Counted from the stretch's first letter, positions 39,452 to 49,874 are shown. The stretch is 64,000 bases of DNA from an uncultured bacterium (GCA_965541585.1 CBEUCH010000001.1:32001-96000); one strand, 5' to 3'. Notes: generated from the letters alone by a model not told the origin. Numbers and translations are program-made.

Positions 39452-39982
39452 ATGAGCGAGATGAATCTGCCGGAAAAGGAAGCGCTGTCTGCGGCCATAG
39501 AGATGGAGAGAAAAGGGTATGACTTTTTTACCAGATTCGCTACCGATGCGAAAGACTCGCTGGCCGGGGAGGTGTTCGAGTTCCTGGCGGCTGAGGAGCT
39601 GAACCATATAAAAGCTATTGAAAGATTCAAGGAGGAGTATCTCTTAAGAAAATCTGCCGATGCCGATGCAGTGATCGAGAGCCTGAAGGCCGGCAGGCCG
39701 AAAGCCATCATTGAGAAGCTTTTCAAGGGGCTTTCGAAGGCCACACCGGTTGAGGGAACGGATCTCGATGTTTACAGGTTCGCCATGGATTTCGAGCGCA
39801 AGGGACAGGAGTTCTACAGAAATGCCGAGGCCTCGGCAAGCGATCCCAATGCCAGAAAGCTGTACGGCTTTCTGGTCGGCGAGGAGCGGAAGCATTTCAA
39901 AATAGTCGAATCCTGCCTTCTGTATTTCGATAACCCGGAGGAGTTCTTCCACCAGCGCGAGGGCTGGCACCTGGAAGGGTAA
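39452..39982 (+). CDS. Rubrerythrin/ferritin-like di-iron protein
   Basis: Duplicated ExxG..FY...EExxH motifs (EELNH, EERKH). Confidence 0.88.
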   Translation: MSEMNLPEKEALSAAIEMERKGYDFFTRFATDAKDSLAGEVFEFLAAEELNHIKAIERFKEEYLLRKSADADAVIESLKAGRPKAIIEKLFKGLSKATPVEGTDLDVYRFAMDFERKGQEFYRNAEASASDPNARKLYGFLVGEERKHFKIVESCLLYFDNPEEFFHQREGWHLEG

Positions 39983-40066
39983 GAGAACGCAGGTGTTATT
40001 CTCTCCGCTTTATAATGTCATATGAGTAATGTGCAGGGCTTAGAGCACTACGGCCCTGCCGGTCAA

Positions 40067-42574
40067 TTAGCCGGCCTTGCTAATCGCCGCTTTGCGTCTC
40101 CTCACAACCGCAATAGTCCCGATGGACAACAACAACAACGCCAGAACCATCATACCCCATTCGGAGAGGGTGGGGATCTCCAGTGTCGAGTTTGGCTCCA
40201 TCTCAATATTTAGTGAAACGCCTTCGCCATCAGCGACGGTTACTCTGGATTCCGTAGCGCCTATATAATCGGGATGGGAGAAGGAAATATCATATGTGCT
40301 CGAAGGCAGGAACATCGAATAGGCGCCATCCTTATCGGTAATATCGGCATCTGTATTCCCCGCGCCGTCATCGGCGGCTACCCGAACGCCGGGGATTGGC
40401 CCGTTTATACCTGCTATAATCCCATCAATTTTGCCGCCGAGCCTTGAGCGAGTAACAGTAAATTGAACCGGAATAGTGATACTGGAATCAACTGGGGCAT
40501 CGGAGATTATTTTGACTGTACCGTTGTAGGTTCCAACAGTTAAACCGGTGGCATCCATGGTGACCTCGATAATAATGGGATCCCCTGCCATCTTAATTTT
40601 GCCGCTATCCGGATCGACAGATAGCCATTGCGGGGTCCCTTCAACGATTGCGGAAACTGTAAACTCAAGGTCTCCCGCACCCAGGTTTGAGACTCTCAAG
40701 GTATCGATATCGGATTGGCCTGTGGGAGCGCTACCGGCTATATTCAAGGGTTTAACAGCTATTACGGGGGCATCCATGTTGTGCGCCCCAAAACCGCCTA
40801 TGATTTCTTGGTAGTGGGGCGTACCATTGCTGAGATTCTCATCGTCGTCGTCCAACGTCAGGTAATCGACTGTAATTTCAGGCGTAATGAGCTCTCCTGT
40901 GTGCAAAAACATGGCGTTAATTGCTATGTTGGAGATAATATCTCTATATGTGCTAGGATTAGTACTCTGCAACGAATCTCTGGTATCCCATACAGACGCT
41001 GAGAGAACCGTACCACAAGTATCGATGCTACCGGAACATGGATAATTGCGAGTATTTTGGGCAGTACGCCACCAAGCATTGCAGTCGTAATGAATTCCTC
41101 TTGCCATCTCGGGAGTGTCAGTGATGAGAACGGCCATAACATCGGCCATGCCCTGATGATACTGGCCGTAGGGCCAAAACGAGATACCGGCCATATATTC
41201 AAGATGATGGCCGTATTCATGGTGAATGATAGTTGAAAAGGCCGTATTGGGGCACGTATCAGCACTGACGATGCCAGCTCTGCCCAACATTATGCCGGGA
41301 CCCGCACGCCCGTAGCTGGTATCATCAGGAAATATATACAGTCCGTTGCATATTTTTTCATCAGTATTTGCGTAAACAGCAAATTCGGACGAGTCCAACA
41401 AACCAGGGAATGAGTCGTTATATGCCAAAACGTAATCTCGAGCGATATTGATCTGAAAATAGGCATTTGCCTCTCCCCGCGTAAAATCCGTTTCCGTTTG
41501 CATCGGGTTATGCATGAAATAGACATATTGTGACGGATCTACAGTCCATGATATCATGGCATCGGATGAATCCGGGTGATTGAATACTCTAAACCATGAT
41601 CCGCGGAGGTGTGATACTACGGTAACGTCCTCCTCGCCCTCATTGGAGATAGTAAATTCGCCGTATTCGTCGGTATACACTGTATCCCCGCCGTCGATAT
41701 ACACTCGCGCATAGGGCAAGGGCGTGCCATTTTCAGTTCCACAAGTATCCGCGCCGCTGCCTTGCGTGGTCCTGCCTCTAACCACGCCACTTACGTCACT
41801 GTAGACTATACGACTCTGTGACAACAGAATCTCGCCGGTTTGAGCGTCTATCAGAAAAAGCCACTTCTCGTAATCGAGAGACGCTTCAAAGTTGTTTTCG
41901 GCAACAATTTCCATTGCCAGGGCAGGTTCTACATCCATGTCGTCGGACCCCGCCCAGACGACCAGCCGCGGCTCGGTGAAATTGATAAAGGTAGGATTGA
42001 AGGATCTGGCGGCATTTTGGGCCATAGCGGGATTCAGACCAACGCCGGCCGGGACAGTAAAATCACCCAGATCCCGCAAGGCGGAGGCGGCCATAACAAG
42101 CGGGTAACCCGGCTTGTTGCGAACCAGAAGCCGCAGGTCGGCGCCATATACGGGAATGCCGTCCTTGAACTGAGAATAATAGACCAGTCGGAACTTATAT
42201 TTCCCTGTCTGGCGATTATACATGACCGGCTGGGTGCGCCGTTTGTCATAGAGCATGCTTTCCGGATACAGATCGTCGGGATCAACGCCGAAAACTGTTG
42301 AGTATTTTATCTTGAACTGTTCGGCGACATCAAGAGCGCTGGAGCCGGCGCCCAACGGCGTGCCGTAGATACGGGTAATGCGGTCTCCCTGCTTGTACAA
42401 CATTAAGTCAGGAAAATCGGCTTTCAGCATCGCAAGCGTCGCTTCCGATTCCGCACCGCCGGCCGCATCGGCGGCTGATGGAATAATCCATAAGACGGAC
42501 ATACAGAACAGCGCCGTCAGAAGATACCTGCTCGTGATTTTTCCCCGATTCTTTACACTGTTCGAAGCCTTCAT
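40067..42574 (-). CDS. Secreted M4/M36-like metalloprotease with IPTL-CTERM sorting signal
   Basis: FTP/PepSY-like prodomain (YSQFKDGIPVYG, IDAQTGEIL), HEYGH, C-terminal IPTLSEWG-TM-RRRK. Confidence 0.8.
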   Translation of the reverse strand: MKASNSVKNRGKITSRYLLTALFCMSVLWIIPSAADAAGGAESEATLAMLKADFPDLMLYKQGDRITRIYGTPLGAGSSALDVAEQFKIKYSTVFGVDPDDLYPESMLYDKRRTQPVMYNRQTGKYKFRLVYYSQFKDGIPVYGADLRLLVRNKPGYPLVMAASALRDLGDFTVPAGVGLNPAMAQNAARSFNPTFINFTEPRLVVWAGSDDMDVEPALAMEIVAENNFEASLDYEKWLFLIDAQTGEILLSQSRIVYSDVSGVVRGRTTQGSGADTCGTENGTPLPYARVYIDGGDTVYTDEYGEFTISNEGEEDVTVVSHLRGSWFRVFNHPDSSDAMISWTVDPSQYVYFMHNPMQTETDFTRGEANAYFQINIARDYVLAYNDSFPGLLDSSEFAVYANTDEKICNGLYIFPDDTSYGRAGPGIMLGRAGIVSADTCPNTAFSTIIHHEYGHHLEYMAGISFWPYGQYHQGMADVMAVLITDTPEMARGIHYDCNAWWRTAQNTRNYPCSGSIDTCGTVLSASVWDTRDSLQSTNPSTYRDIISNIAINAMFLHTGELITPEITVDYLTLDDDDENLSNGTPHYQEIIGGFGAHNMDAPVIAVKPLNIAGSAPTGQSDIDTLRVSNLGAGDLEFTVSAIVEGTPQWLSVDPDSGKIKMAGDPIIIEVTMDATGLTVGTYNGTVKIISDAPVDSSITIPVQFTVTRSRLGGKIDGIIAGINGPIPGVRVAADDGAGNTDADITDKDGAYSMFLPSSTYDISFSHPDYIGATESRVTVADGEGVSLNIEMEPNSTLEIPTLSEWGMMVLALLLLSIGTIAVVRRRKAAISKAG

Positions 42575-42711
42575 TTCAATCCTCCCTGTTGATTTTATTT
42601 CTCGAAAGGCTCTCCCGAATGATTTTTCCCAAAAATCTCCTCCTTCTGCGGTTGCTGATCAATTTACATCCAAGCCAGTATCATCAATGCGATAAGCCAC
42701 ATGCAGCCAAT

Positions 42712-42780
42712 CGCAGTTACCTGCTATCCTCGGATCGTAAGCCACAACCTCGTCGCCTTTCGGCACGGGGTGCCCCGGCG
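42712..42780 (-). ncRNA. Possible divergent cyclic-di-GMP-I-like riboswitch
   Basis: Minus strand GGGGCAC-CCCGT-GCC-GAAA-GGC-GACG...GC...GATAGCAGGTAAC in the long 5' leader of the protease; the canonical GCAAA junction is missing. Confidence 0.3.
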
Positions 42781-43081
42781 CTACAAATACAAATAAAACA
42801 ACAACAAAAAAATCCGATACGCATCAGAAGCTCTAATTTCACGTATCAATTTTGCGGGTGTCTGTCAGAGTTGCAAGTGTCCGTCAGATAATTTAGAAAT
42901 GGCCTGTCCGTTGTCAATAAGAAAATGGATATCTGGGTTTTCTTAATGCCGAAAAGAGGGGATCGATTTAGTCAACTAATGTTAACAGGGTTATTCGGAT
43001 TCTCTGCGGAGGCGCAATACCCGATAATTTCCTTTGTTCATATTGGAGTAGTATGCTAAATTCTGGCGGCCTGGACGGTTT

Positions 43082-44419
43082 ATGCAGATTACGATAATAG
43101 GAATGGGGGAGGTCGGCAGGCACCTGGCCTCTATGCTGGCAGCAGAGGATCATGACGTCACCATTGTCGATTCCAATGCGGAGAGCCTGGAGGCCGCGGG
43201 AGATAAGATCGACGTTCGCGCTGTCAAGGGTAACGGCGCCTCGTTCCGGACATTGCGCAAGGCGGAGGTTCAGAAGTCCGATATCGTGGCGGCGGTCACT
43301 AACGACGATGCAGTAAATATCGTAGCCTCCCTGCAAGCCAAAGAGCTCGGTGCACAGACGGTGATCGCCCGGGTAGACTCCCACGACTATCTCCCCGGCC
43401 GGGAGGGAGCGTTCCACGGGCTGTTGGGGATCGACCTGGTTATCTCCACCAGTATATTGGCGGCAGTCCAGGTTCACAAGCTGATACGATCATTCGGTGC
43501 CATGAGAGTCGAACATTTCGCCGATAACCGGGTACAGATGGTTCAGCTTCGCGTGGAAGACCCCGCCAATTGCGAGACCCCCTTAAAAGACCTCAAGATA
43601 CCCTCGGATACGCTTATAGCAGCGGTTTTAAGGGGGGATGAACTGATAATTCCATCCGGCGATGATCACTTGGTGCTGGATGACGAGGCTTTCGTTATCG
43701 GTAAGACGGAGCATATTCAAAACTCCGAACCCTTTTTCGGTGAAGCGGAGCGCCGGGGTGCGAAATCGATTGTAATTCTTGGAGGCGGTGAAATCGGTTT
43801 CGCCGTGGCGCGCTCTTTAGAAAAGCAGGGAATGAGCGTCAAGATAATCGAATGGAATCCCAAGGTCTGCGAGTATTTATCCGAGACGCTGTCCGAGGCG
43901 ATCATTATCAACGGCGACGGCACGGATCTGGACCTTCTGAAGGAGGAGAAGTTGGGGGAGGCCGATGTATTCGTGGCAGCCTCCAGGCGGGACGAGGTCA
44001 ATCTAATGTCGGGATTGGTGGCCCGGGATCTCGGCGTCAAGGAAATCATAGCTCTGGTGCACAGGCCTACCTATATGACCGTTTATGAACACCTCGGAAT
44101 CGACGCCACCATCTCGCCGCGACGGCTGGCCGCCAACCAGATTCTGAAATATGTGAGGCCGGGGCGGGTGGTTTCAGTTTCCGAGATTGCGGGCGGCAAA
44201 GGGGAAATCCTGGAATTCGTGGTGCCGAAAAAAAGTAAGATCATTCAGAACAAGTTGAAAAACGTCGGGTTCCCCAAAGGGGCGGTAATCGGGGCTATGG
44301 TCGGGAAGCGGGGTATCTCGGTTCCCACGGGCGACGATAAAATCATGCCCGGCGATTCGGTTATCGTCTTTACAACGCCCAAGGTTCGCTCGAAGGTAGA
44401 ACAGTTTTTCAAGCAGTAG
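43082..44419 (+). CDS. trkA: Trk potassium uptake NAD-binding subunit
   Basis: Two RCK units (IIGMGEVG, ILGGGEIG), GNGAS, GDGTD. Confidence 0.95.
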   Translation: MQITIIGMGEVGRHLASMLAAEDHDVTIVDSNAESLEAAGDKIDVRAVKGNGASFRTLRKAEVQKSDIVAAVTNDDAVNIVASLQAKELGAQTVIARVDSHDYLPGREGAFHGLLGIDLVISTSILAAVQVHKLIRSFGAMRVEHFADNRVQMVQLRVEDPANCETPLKDLKIPSDTLIAAVLRGDELIIPSGDDHLVLDDEAFVIGKTEHIQNSEPFFGEAERRGAKSIVILGGGEIGFAVARSLEKQGMSVKIIEWNPKVCEYLSETLSEAIIINGDGTDLDLLKEEKLGEADVFVAASRRDEVNLMSGLVARDLGVKEIIALVHRPTYMTVYEHLGIDATISPRRLAANQILKYVRPGRVVSVSEIAGGKGEILEFVVPKKSKIIQNKLKNVGFPKGAVIGAMVGKRGISVPTGDDKIMPGDSVIVFTTPKVRSKVEQFFKQ

Positions 44420-44423
44420 CTAT

Positions 44424-45866
44424 ATGAACTGGCGAACCATCGCGAGACTCTCCGGAATATTACTGGTTATAATCGGGGTGGCCATGGCGACTTCCCTCAT
44501 CTGGGCCGCACTCGATTCGGATTCGAACAGTCTTAAAGGTTTTGCGTTTTCGGTGGCGATAACCCTGGCGGCCGGCTTCGGTTTGTTTTTTTCGGGCCGC
44601 AAGAGCGATGTCATCGCCATCAGGGAGGCGGTTTTCCTGGTGGCCTCCGGTTGGTTTCTGGCGGGGATCTTCGGCGCCCTGCCCTATTTTTTTACCGGCA
44701 CATTCAATGGCTTCATAGACTGTTTCTTCGAGACGGTCTCGGGGTTTACCACCACCGGCTCCACCGTGATGACCGATATCGAGGGTTCATCGAGGGCAAT
44801 CCTGTTCTGGCGGGCATTGACACAGTGGCTGGGCGGTATGGGGATCATCGTCTTGTTTATCGCCGTGCTGCCGCGGCTGGGTGTAGGGGCGAAAAAGCTT
44901 TTTGAAGCGGAGGTGCCCGGCCCGATCTCATCATCGTTCAAGCCGAAACTCAAAGCGACGTCCTCGATTCTATGGAGAATATATTTCGCGCTCACCGCCG
45001 TTGAGATTATCGTCTTGATGATATGCAATATGAGTATCTTCGATGCCGTCTGCCATTCGTTCACAACCATGTCCACGGGGGGATTTTCGACCCGGACGGC
45101 ATCGCTGGGATACTACAACTCCGCGGCCGTCGATATAGTGGTAACGATTTTTATGTTCGCGGCCGGTGTTAACTTCTACCTGTATTACCTGTCAGTCAGG
45201 GGAAACTTAAAGACCATATATAAAGACGTTGAATTCAGATTCTATGCCGGTCTTATGGTGCTGGCTACGTTTTTGATTACATTTGATATATTAATTATCC
45301 ATCCCGACTTCTGGCATGCCCTGAGGATAGGGGCCTTCCAGACGGTGGCAATCGGTACCACCACCGGTTTCGGCACCGATAATTTCAATCTGTATCCTTC
45401 GTTCTCAAGGGTGCTTCTGGTCATCCTGATGTTTATCGGGGGCTCAGCGGGCTCCACCGCCGGCGGAATGAAAATCTCCAGGTTTATAGTTGTTTTGAAA
45501 AGCATCAAGGACGAGCTTATTAAGGCCTCGCGGCCTCACGTAGTACGGGCGGTAAAGATCGGCGGGCATACAATACCGAAAGAGATCCGGCACAGCATTA
45601 TGGTCTTCTTCGCCGCGTTGATCGCAGTTTTCACAATCGGCACCTTGTTCATGACGGCGCTGGAACTCGATATCATAACTGCAGCCACGTCGGTGGCGGC
45701 CACACTCTGCAATATCGGGCCGGGGCTGGAGAGGGTCGGCTCTATCGAGAATTACGCCTTCATACCGCCCATCGGGAAACTCTTCTTAACCTTCTGCATG
45801 ATACTGGGCCGCCTGGAGCTGGTAACTGTGCTTGCCATACTGCTGCCGAATTTCTGGCGGCGGTGA
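44424..45866 (+). CDS. trkH: Trk potassium uptake membrane subunit
   Basis: FETVSGFTTTG, QWLGGMGI, STGGFS, GSTAGGMK, NIGPG, GRLE. Confidence 0.95.
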   Translation: MNWRTIARLSGILLVIIGVAMATSLIWAALDSDSNSLKGFAFSVAITLAAGFGLFFSGRKSDVIAIREAVFLVASGWFLAGIFGALPYFFTGTFNGFIDCFFETVSGFTTTGSTVMTDIEGSSRAILFWRALTQWLGGMGIIVLFIAVLPRLGVGAKKLFEAEVPGPISSSFKPKLKATSSILWRIYFALTAVEIIVLMICNMSIFDAVCHSFTTMSTGGFSTRTASLGYYNSAAVDIVVTIFMFAAGVNFYLYYLSVRGNLKTIYKDVEFRFYAGLMVLATFLITFDILIIHPDFWHALRIGAFQTVAIGTTTGFGTDNFNLYPSFSRVLLVILMFIGGSAGSTAGGMKISRFIVVLKSIKDELIKASRPHVVRAVKIGGHTIPKEIRHSIMVFFAALIAVFTIGTLFMTALELDIITAATSVAATLCNIGPGLERVGSIENYAFIPPIGKLFLTFCMILGRLELVTVLAILLPNFWRR

Positions 45867-45883
45867 AGCTGAAGCACAAGAAT

Positions 45884-46151
45884 GCCGGGTTTCTCTCCCG
45901 CTTTGCGGGATCTGAACCCGACCAACAATTATTAATAGACATTGTCATTCCCAACTCGAGTGAGAATCCAAAAGGAAGGCCTACCCCTGGATTCCCGTCC
46001 TACAGATCCGTAGGATTTACACGGGAATGACAATTTCGGTGCTGTCTAATCGGCCAGCCTGACAACACGTAAGGGTAGATTGCTTCGGCCTTCGGCCTCG
46101 CAATGACATAGTGGCGGATCTTATTTGTAGGTCGGGGATTCATTCCCCGAC
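45884..46151. repeat. Cluster of REP-like palindromes between convergent genes
   Basis: GCCGGGTTTC..GAACCCGAC; TTGTCATTCCC..GGGAATGACAA; GATTGCTTCG..CCTCGCAATGAC half element; GTAG-GTCGGGGA-TTCAT-TCCCCGAC. Confidence 0.7.
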
Positions 46152-46192
46152 AGGAAGGCTAGTTCGATTCTCGGATCGATCTGAGATCGACG

Positions 46193-46987
46193 CTACAGCT
46201 TTGTCCCCAAGTATCTTTTAACCAGTGTATAAATGCAGACGAAATAGAAAAAACCGGCCCATCCGGCCAGACCAAATGTGCTGAAGATGGGGTAGCTCAG
46301 AAGCCTCCGGTCTATCCGGAGGATGCTATAGCCATCGTAGAGCCAGACGGCCAGACAGGCGAGGACAAGAGCCACAATACCGCCGACGATCCAGAAGATC
46401 AGTTTTTGTCCGGATTTTCGTCTGAGTGGATTTGAAGAGGGTTCCGGAATGAGGTTCGATTTCAAGGCATAAATAAATATGGTCAGCGCTCCCAGGGTTG
46501 TGCTGAGATGCTGAACGATTCTATAGTTGGGAACGGTAATGCCGAAAATAGCCGATTCTTTAATCAAAAATGGAATCCTGCGGACGATTTCGCCGTATTG
46601 GTGAGTCATTGAATCCCAGAAAAAATGGCTCAAGGCGCCGATAAGAACCGAATACGCCAATATTATTAATCCCCGCCAGCCGACCAGGCGGAATTTACTC
46701 TCTGCAAGTCCCCAGAGGAACCGGTTCAGGGGCCGCGGAAGATTCAATATGAAATGATATTTGAACAACTTGTGAAAGACAAAAGAGAAAACAATTCCAG
46801 CCGGCAGGCAGAACATGAAAAGCCCAGTCCATGAGTGGCTGACTCCCCTGTGGGTCGTGGTCAGCATCAAGAAATAGATCAAATCCGGAGTCATGGCGCC
46901 CGCCATCAGCCCCGTCAAAGAAAACCAGCGCGGCCGGATCTGTTTTAAGGGCAGGACGATTGCGGGGTGGGAGATCGTGAACGGCAT
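46193..46987 (-). CDS. DUF4184 family membrane protein
   Basis: MPFTISHPA, GAMTPD, SHS, SHFFWDSMTH, QHLST. Confidence 0.88.
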   Translation of the reverse strand: MPFTISHPAIVLPLKQIRPRWFSLTGLMAGAMTPDLIYFLMLTTTHRGVSHSWTGLFMFCLPAGIVFSFVFHKLFKYHFILNLPRPLNRFLWGLAESKFRLVGWRGLIILAYSVLIGALSHFFWDSMTHQYGEIVRRIPFLIKESAIFGITVPNYRIVQHLSTTLGALTIFIYALKSNLIPEPSSNPLRRKSGQKLIFWIVGGIVALVLACLAVWLYDGYSILRIDRRLLSYPIFSTFGLAGWAGFFYFVCIYTLVKRYLGTKL

Positions 46988-47166
46988 GGCCTATTATAAA
47001 CCATGAAACCGGTTTTGTTCGCAACCTCAAAAAAAAGTGGCCGGATCTTTGTGGGATATTGTCCCGGCGGCTTTTTCGACCTGACATGCAGGATAAAGAC
47101 CAATTATTTAATTTGGATTCTGTTAGAGATAAATTATATTCCAGCAAGTAAAAAGAGAGGTGAAAG

Positions 47167-47532
47167 ATGCACAAGATTCTAACTACACTAACCGTTTTTT
47201 GCATGCTGATTGCAGGGGTGACACAAATCTCCTGTTCCACAAGCGATAAGGGCGCTGAGAAGAAGGCGGAGGCGAAGACGGAGACGAAGACGAAGATGGA
47301 GGTGGAGATCAGCAATACGCAACCTCCGGCCGAGCTTTACCAGACGACAGACGCCCTTTCAGGCAAAACGATTAATCGGAATATCTATGAGGATTATGAG
47401 GGGAAACGGGTTTATTTCTGTTGCCGGAACAGCAAGAAGACATTTCTCGACGATCCTTCAATATATTTAGATAAATTCAAAGAACTGGGGGTAACCCTCC
47501 AGGATGCTCCTGCGCCGGATGCCAACGAATAG
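47167..47532 (+). CDS. YHS domain lipoprotein
   Basis: Signal peptide ending ISC; YEGKRVYFCC...F..DP..Y. Confidence 0.8.
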   Translation: MHKILTTLTVFCMLIAGVTQISCSTSDKGAEKKAEAKTETKTKMEVEISNTQPPAELYQTTDALSGKTINRNIYEDYEGKRVYFCCRNSKKTFLDDPSIYLDKFKELGVTLQDAPAPDANE

Positions 47533-47679
47533 CCGGCAGGTCGATGCTGGCTCATTTACAGATACTGACCTTTTACAGAAGATTAAAGAGAAGCGATTTT
47601 AGCCGATGTCAGGTTCTGCTGATCAGCGGGGCTGTCAATTTGTATGCATCCTGACACGTCGACATTATGCGAGTTTTCA

Positions 47680-47871
47680 TTACCCTGCAGGCCTTTCGGG
47701 GACAATGATCCAGGCGATGATATAGGCCAGCACTCCGGAGCCGACCGCGAATAACATCGCCAGCCAGATCAACCGGATTATAGTCGGATCGATATCGAAA
47801 TATTCACCCAGGCCGCCGCAGACCCCGGCAATCTTCTTCTCCTCTGCAGATCTGTACAGTTTTTTCGCCAT
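47680..47871 (-). CDS. PspC domain protein
   Basis: KKLYRS...[22 protein letters not shown]...YIIAWIIVP. Confidence 0.93.
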   Translation of the reverse strand: MAKKLYRSAEEKKIAGVCGGLGEYFDIDPTIIRLIWLAMLFAVGSGVLAYIIAWIIVPERPAG

Positions 47872-47914
47872 GCCGCTATCCTCTCATCGAGATATTATAT
47901 CTTCCGGATATGAA

Positions 47915-47941
47915 TACGTATTCTGTATTACCTATGTTTCA
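47915..47941 (-). promoter_or_regulatory. ECF (SigW-like) promoter of the PspC gene
   Basis: TGAAAC-N17-CGTA on the minus strand. Confidence 0.55.
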
Positions 47942-48023
47942 AGTGCGGGCCGTGATAGTCTCTGCCCATAACAGACAACCACAGGTATGGTGCTCCGACC
48001 ATACCCGCAAAAGTCTCAGGGAT

Positions 48024-49418
48024 TTACTCTTCCGGATCCCCCTCGTCGTTAAATTCTTCGTCCGTATCGTCAATCTTCTTTCGCTCAGCCTGTACGCTGG
48101 ATCTATCGAGCAGTGCGAATTTATTGTTCTTGCCGCGGATTACCTTAAACAGGATGAAATTGTCATCTTCGTCTAAACCGTCCATTGTGTCGGTGAACGT
48201 TTCGAAGTCGGGAGTCTTTTTATGATTGACTGTTATGATAACGTCGCCCTCGAATAAATCCCCCTTGGCGGCGACGCTGCCGATCTCCACAAAGGATACA
48301 TAGACACCTTCTCTGCTTTCCAGAAGGTATGTGCTGTACATGTTTTCCGTAATCTCTTTGACGGTATAGCCGAGTTCAGACTCGTACTTCTCGGCCTTCA
48401 CCTTGGGCTGCTGCCCGATCGTGATTTCGATATTCTTGACTTTTCCATTCCGCAGCAGCCTGATGGTTTTGGTAGCGTTCACAGGAGTCTGAGAAACGGT
48501 CAGGGTAAACCGGTTCAAATCGTCCCTTTTTTCCGCCTGGAGAGTCTGATCGCCGAATTCCAGAAGAACATCACCCGGTTTCATACCAGCCTCCTCTGCC
48601 GGTGAACCCTCTAAGATATCGGCGACGAGTATGCCTTCGAGTTCGGGATCATCGAGGTACCTGGCGAAACTGCGGCTGACCGGCTGGATAACGATCCCGA
48701 GCCATCCGCGTTCAATCTTGCCCGATAAAAGAAGGTTGTTTTTAACCTCTACGGCGATGTTAATGGGGATCGTGAATCCCTGAGTACGCCCCAAGCCGCG
48801 AGAGTTTATGCCGATCACCTCTCCCCGGAGGTTTACCAGCGGTCCTCCGGATGATCCCGGTGCGATTGCAGCATCGGTCTGAATAAAGTCGTTTAAGAGG
48901 GGTGTCAGCAAGGGTACATTCAGCACCCTCCCCTTGCCGGAGACTATGCCGAAAGATACGCTTCGGTCAAAACCGTAAGGGTTGCCAACAGCCATGACCC
49001 ATTCGCCCACCTGCACCGAGTCGGAATTGCCCAGTGCGGCCGCCTTCAACACCAGATCCTCAGGAACCTCTATCTTAAGAAGCGCCAGGTCGGTCAGTTT
49101 GTCGGTACCGACAACCTCCGCCCTGAATTCCCGGTACGATTCCAGAGTGACCATCACTTCGATATGATCAACTATTACGTGCTCGTTGGTGAGAATATGG
49201 CCTTCGGTGTCGATTATGAGTCCCGAACCCAACGATTCATACCGCTGGTTGTTCCTTTTTTTTACGACCTCAATATGCACAACGGACGGTTTAATGGAAT
49301 CGGAGACCGAGATTATCAGGGATTTGAGCCTGTCGAAAATCTCAAGGCCGCCGTCGTCGGATCTCGCTGTCCCGAATGTGACGAGGAGCAAAAGTGCTGT
49401 CATTAGAGTTTTTTTCAT
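48024..49418 (-). CDS. HtrA/DegP-family serine protease with two PDZ domains
   Basis: GSGLII, TNEHV, DLALLK, IQTDAAIAPGSSGGPL. Confidence 0.9.
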   Translation of the reverse strand: MKKTLMTALLLLVTFGTARSDDGGLEIFDRLKSLIISVSDSIKPSVVHIEVVKKRNNQRYESLGSGLIIDTEGHILTNEHVIVDHIEVMVTLESYREFRAEVVGTDKLTDLALLKIEVPEDLVLKAAALGNSDSVQVGEWVMAVGNPYGFDRSVSFGIVSGKGRVLNVPLLTPLLNDFIQTDAAIAPGSSGGPLVNLRGEVIGINSRGLGRTQGFTIPINIAVEVKNNLLLSGKIERGWLGIVIQPVSRSFARYLDDPELEGILVADILEGSPAEEAGMKPGDVLLEFGDQTLQAEKRDDLNRFTLTVSQTPVNATKTIRLLRNGKVKNIEITIGQQPKVKAEKYESELGYTVKEITENMYSTYLLESREGVYVSFVEIGSVAAKGDLFEGDVIITVNHKKTPDFETFTDTMDGLDEDDNFILFKVIRGKNNKFALLDRSSVQAERKKIDDTDEEFNDEGDPEE

Positions 49419-49814
49419 CGGACGTTATCCTTCCGTTACGAATGCGTAAGAGATGCCGTCGGCGCCGATCGATCATAGGTCTTTCATACGTATCTTAATT
49501 TAGGGTATTCGGCCACAATTCGCCACACATTTAGGCAGCTCCTCGATTCAGTTTGAGTTTACGCACCCGTGCAGGATAACGATATGCGGGGTGCTTGCCG
49601 GTTTTATGCATCATTCGGAACCTATTCGTGGCATGAGGTTGTTCATAACCTATGACAGGTAATGAAGGAGGAGATTTTAGAATTCGTCAGGCGTTATCAG
49701 CCACAGCCACCATCGGACTTAACCAATTAATATATAAGGGATTAAGCGAGACAGCGAACCGTTTCGGAAGCTATGGAACAATTAGTCGAATTTGAAGGTA
49801 TAGCAACAAAGGTG

Positions 49815-49843
49815 TTGACATAATATCCAGGGAAGTTTATCTT
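49815..49843 (+). promoter_or_regulatory. Sigma-70 promoter of the DegP/DegQ gene
   Basis: TTGACA-N17-TATCTT. Confidence 0.55.
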
Positions 49844-49874
49844 GAAAGTTTGCGGAAATTCGGGAGGGTAGATC

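Noticed and set aside
45884..46151. Possible CRISPR array or tRNA
   Set aside because: The palindromes differ from each other, with no constant repeat-spacer period and no cloverleaf or T-loop consensus
46695..47315. 206-aa minus-strand ORF
   Set aside because: Overlaps the DUF4184 gene in another frame and the YHS gene antisense; no motif
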